Shown in pieces: positions 14,170 through 15,755 of a stretch of 15,755 nt of DNA. A model generated the notes under the pieces. The model searched no databases. It was given only the letters and a program-made list of their open reading frames with translations, and had not been told where the DNA came from. Each line of letters begins with the position of its first letter. Position 1 is the stretch's first letter. The stretch lies in the IMG/VR virus record IMGVR_UViG_3300045988_131611. The stretch is one strand, 5' to 3'. The position numbers were made by a program, and so were the translations under genes. The stretch comes from a virus.

Positions 14170-14191
14170 AAATGTTTCACGTGAAACATTT
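14170..14191. promoter_or_regulatory. 22-bp perfect palindrome between the terminal-protein and polymerase genes
   Basis: AAATGTTTCACGTGAAACATTT, centred on CACGTG. It overlaps the TAA stop of the upstream gene and ends 1 nt from the polymerase RBS. Confidence 0.5.
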
Positions 14192-14816
14192 AATATTCAC
14201 CCCAACCGTTTTCATAGTCGAATGAATCTAAAAATTCTTTTTGCTGCGCGCGGGAAAGTCCTAGATTATCAGACAGTTCGGATAAAAACTCGGGTACGAT
14301 TGGCTGCCCTCCATTTTTTTCTGCGTCATAACTTTCGTGAATAGTCAGCCACGGTACAGCTTCCAACGCTTCTGCTGTTGCTTCTTTTCCATTCTTCCTT
14401 AAGCTATTTTCTAGCCATTGCCTACACATGCGTTCTGCTACCGGAAAATATGTGTATGTTGTGTTTATAAAATTTTCTATAATAATATCCGCACTAGAGG
14501 GATAATCTACTACGCGTCCTCTTTTCTTTTTTGCTTTTCGTCTTTTTGACTTGTATTCTCCCCGACCTATTTTCTTTTTTGCTTTTCGCCTTTTTGACTT
14601 ATAACCGCTATCAGTTATTAAAGATTCAGAAGATTTTTGTATAACGTCCGGTGTTATTTTCTTCAACCGCTGAACATCTGATTTTGTAGGTTGCTGTTTT
14701 ACTTTTGGCATGTCAATTGATATTGCATAACCTTGTGCGAGCAATTTATTCACTTGCTTTTCTATTCGTTTTAGTTCTTGCGCGTATACTTTCGCATACC
14801 TATTTTTTCTCGTCAT
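14190..14816 (-). CDS. Putative terminal protein (replication primer), 208 aa
   Basis: Immediately upstream of, and co-oriented with, the protein-primed polymerase, as in phi29. Basic N-terminal half (RYAKVYAQELKRIEKQVNKL; duplicated YKSKRRKAKKK) and an acidic C-terminal part ending FLDSFDYENGWGEY. This recalls the TP layout (basic DNA-binding N-terminus, acidic priming domain). No direct homology verified. Confidence 0.6.
   Translation of the reverse strand: MTRKNRYAKVYAQELKRIEKQVNKLLAQGYAISIDMPKVKQQPTKSDVQRLKKITPDVIQKSSESLITDSGYKSKRRKAKKKIGRGEYKSKRRKAKKKRGRVVDYPSSADIIIENFINTTYTYFPVAERMCRQWLENSLRKNGKEATAEALEAVPWLTIHESYDAEKNGGQPIVPEFLSELSDNLGLSRAQQKEFLDSFDYENGWGEY
14522..14603. repeat. Tandem 48-nt-period duplication inside the putative terminal-protein gene
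   Basis: 34-nt units at 14522-14555 and 14570-14603 differ at 2 positions. They encode YKSKRRKAKKKIGRGE / YKSKRRKAKKKRGRVV. Confidence 0.9.
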
Positions 14817-14847
14817 ATGAAAAAACCTCCTTTTATAATGTAGTTCT

Positions 14848-14876
14848 ATTATAACATATTTTTATAAAAAATACAA
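14848..14876 (-). promoter_or_regulatory. Promoter of the terminal protein-polymerase unit (extended -10)
   Basis: Minus strand TTGTAT (14876-14871), 17 nt, TGtTATAAT (-10 at 14853-14848), about 30 nt upstream of the terminal-protein ATG. Confidence 0.6.
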
Positions 14877-14879
14877 TAA

Positions 14880-14903
14880 GAAAAGCCGTTTGCACGGCTT
14901 TTC
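14880..14903 (-). terminator. Intrinsic terminator after the 122-aa early gene
   Basis: Minus strand GAAAAGCCG-TGCAAA-CGGCTTTTC followed by TTATTGTATTTTTT. Confidence 0.65.
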
Positions 14904-14907
14904 TTAT

Positions 14908-15276
14908 TTACTTATAAATGCTATAAAACGCGTCCAACATGTTGTTTGTTTTCGCATATTCGTGCTGTGTCTGTTTTGCTTCCTCCGGTGTTTTTCCGGT
15001 TCGCAACTCTGTGTAAAACAATTCTACTAATAGCGACACTCTATCACTTAGTTTTCTGGAACGTTCCCATTCTCTATAGTTCCATAATATTACTGCTTTT
15101 GTATAACTGCTTATATCAATCTTAACGCCTGTCTTAAATAACCGAACTATATTTGTAAGATCGTAACCATTTATGTAGGGAACACTTACTGTGTCACATC
15201 CAGATACCATTGGTATTATTTCATAGTTCGTTATACCGTTTTTACGCAGTTTCTTTATTATGTTTTGTATTGTCAT
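14908..15276 (-). CDS. Early protein, 122 aa from the ATG at 15276, unknown function
   Basis: GGAGG about 10 nt upstream of the ATG at 15276. This ATG forms an ATGA overlap with the stop of the upstream 26-aa mini-ORF. The alternative start at 15294 has only a weak RBS. Confidence 0.65.
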   Translation of the reverse strand: MTIQNIIKKLRKNGITNYEIIPMVSGCDTVSVPYINGYDLTNIVRLFKTGVKIDISSYTKAVILWNYREWERSRKLSDRVSLLVELFYTELRTGKTPEEAKQTQHEYAKTNNMLDAFYSIYK

Positions 15277-15353
15277 TTCTTCTTGTCCTCCCATGTCAGA
15301 TATCCTGCGAATAGGCTAATTCCTATTATAACTACCACCAATATTTCTTCCAT
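15273..15353 (-). CDS. Unlisted 26-aa single-pass membrane mini-protein MEEILVVVIIGISLFAGYLTWEDKKK
   Basis: AAGGAGGG RBS (15369-15362) 8 nt upstream of the ATG at 15353. Acidic N-terminus, 17-18 hydrophobic residues, KKK C-terminus. Its TGA stop overlaps the next ATG (ATGA). Below the ORF-track length cutoff. Confidence 0.55.
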   Translation of the reverse strand: MEEILVVVIIGISLFAGYLTWEDKKK

Positions 15354-15375
15354 TTTTCTTGCCCTCCTTATAAAT

Positions 15376-15401
15376 GAAAAAAAGCCTATTTTATGTAGGC
15401 T
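15376..15401 (-). terminator. Weak intrinsic terminator/attenuator overlapping the stop codon of the first right-end gene
   Basis: Minus strand AGCCTA-CATAAAA-TAGGCT followed by T7. The TAA stop (15393-15391) sits in the loop. Confidence 0.55.
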
Positions 15402-15591
15402 CTTCATTGATTATATCCTCTAATAGACCTAACAATACTCCAATGCGCTCTTCTAATTTCTCAAGCTGCTTTTCAATTTCCTCTTTATTGTTTTTGTATA
15501 CCTCTGCGTCAAACCATTTTAACACTCTAATATACTCTGCTGATGATTTAACATTTGCCAACTCATTTACTAGGTATTCGTACTTTTTCAT
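15391..15591 (-). CDS. Early protein, 66 aa from the ATG at 15591, unknown function
   Basis: AAAGGAGG RBS before the ATG at 15591, with the same leader as the left-end gene. The listed start at 15636 lies upstream of the predicted transcription start, inside the promoter. Helical, charged composition. Confidence 0.7.
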   Translation of the reverse strand: MKKYEYLVNELANVKSSAEYIRVLKWFDAEVYKNNKEEIEKQLEKLEERIGVLLGLLEDIINEEPT

Positions 15592-15611
15592 TTTCTTTTC
15601 CTCCTTTATTT

Positions 15612-15755
15612 CCTTTCTGTAATTATATAATAGCACACTCGTCTTAAAATGTCAAGCGTATTTTTGAAATATTTTATACGCGTTCACTAATTTCCGTTTG
15701 CGCCGCAAAATGAATGGGGAAATGTTCTAAATATCGTTTTATTTTATGTCAACGT
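15612..15755. repeat. Right inverted terminal repeat (ITR-R)
   Basis: Reverse complement aligns to 1-145. The terminal 45 nt and the promoter-proximal 53 nt are identical to the left end. Confidence 0.95.
15627..15655 (-). promoter_or_regulatory. Right ITR early promoter, mirror copy of 102-130
   Basis: Minus strand TTGACA (15655-15650), 17 nt, TGcTATTAT (-10 at 15632-15627). Sequence identical to the left copy. Confidence 0.8.

Noticed and set aside
15374-15622. Plus-strand 82-aa ORF antisense to the right-end 66-aa gene
   Set aside because: Ser/Phe-rich low complexity and no RBS. The ITR promoter and an AAAGGAGG RBS clearly serve the minus-strand gene.
1-15755. Prophage, integrative element, plasmid or CRISPR content
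   Set aside because: No integrase, recombinase, repressor, partition gene, att-like direct repeat or spacer-repeat array was seen. The ITRs coincide with the window ends, consistent with a free linear virion genome.

Overview
End to end, the window is one complete linear dsDNA genome (15,755 bp) of a small phi29-like, protein-primed podophage. The host is probably Gram-positive (Bacillota): AGGAGG-type RBSs, sigma-A-like promoters, a GH25 endolysin. The two ends are imperfect inverted terminal repeats of 145/144 bp. The terminal 45 nt are identical, and each repeat carries an inward-facing consensus extended -10 promoter.

Two small genes are read rightward from the left ITR promoter. Everything else, about 14.8 kb, is on the minus strand, in this transcriptional order:
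- small early genes, including an unlisted 26-aa membrane mini-ORF
- putative terminal protein and family-B DNA polymerase
- two small proteins behind a third copy of the ITR promoter
- gp16-like packaging ATPase
- a 158-nt non-coding gap holding a consensus promoter and a structured roughly 127-nt leader
- scaffold, then a gp8-like capsid protein with a C-terminal Ig-like domain
- gp9-like tail knob, gp10-like portal, lower collar
- three coiled-coil fibre/appendage genes
- gp13-like tail lysozyme
- holin, a 71-aa membrane/coiled-coil protein, and a GH25 endolysin

Hairpin terminators divide the genome into transcription units. I found no integrase, repressor, tRNA or CRISPR.

Homology calls rest on motifs read in the supplied translations and on recalled phi29 protein sequences. 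No database search or RNA folding was run. The most interesting items are the ITR/promoter architecture, the transcriptionally isolated ATPase followed by a structured RNA (a possible pRNA analogue), the tandem basic repeat in the putative terminal protein, a 22-bp palindrome between terminal protein and polymerase, and several small proteins of unknown function.
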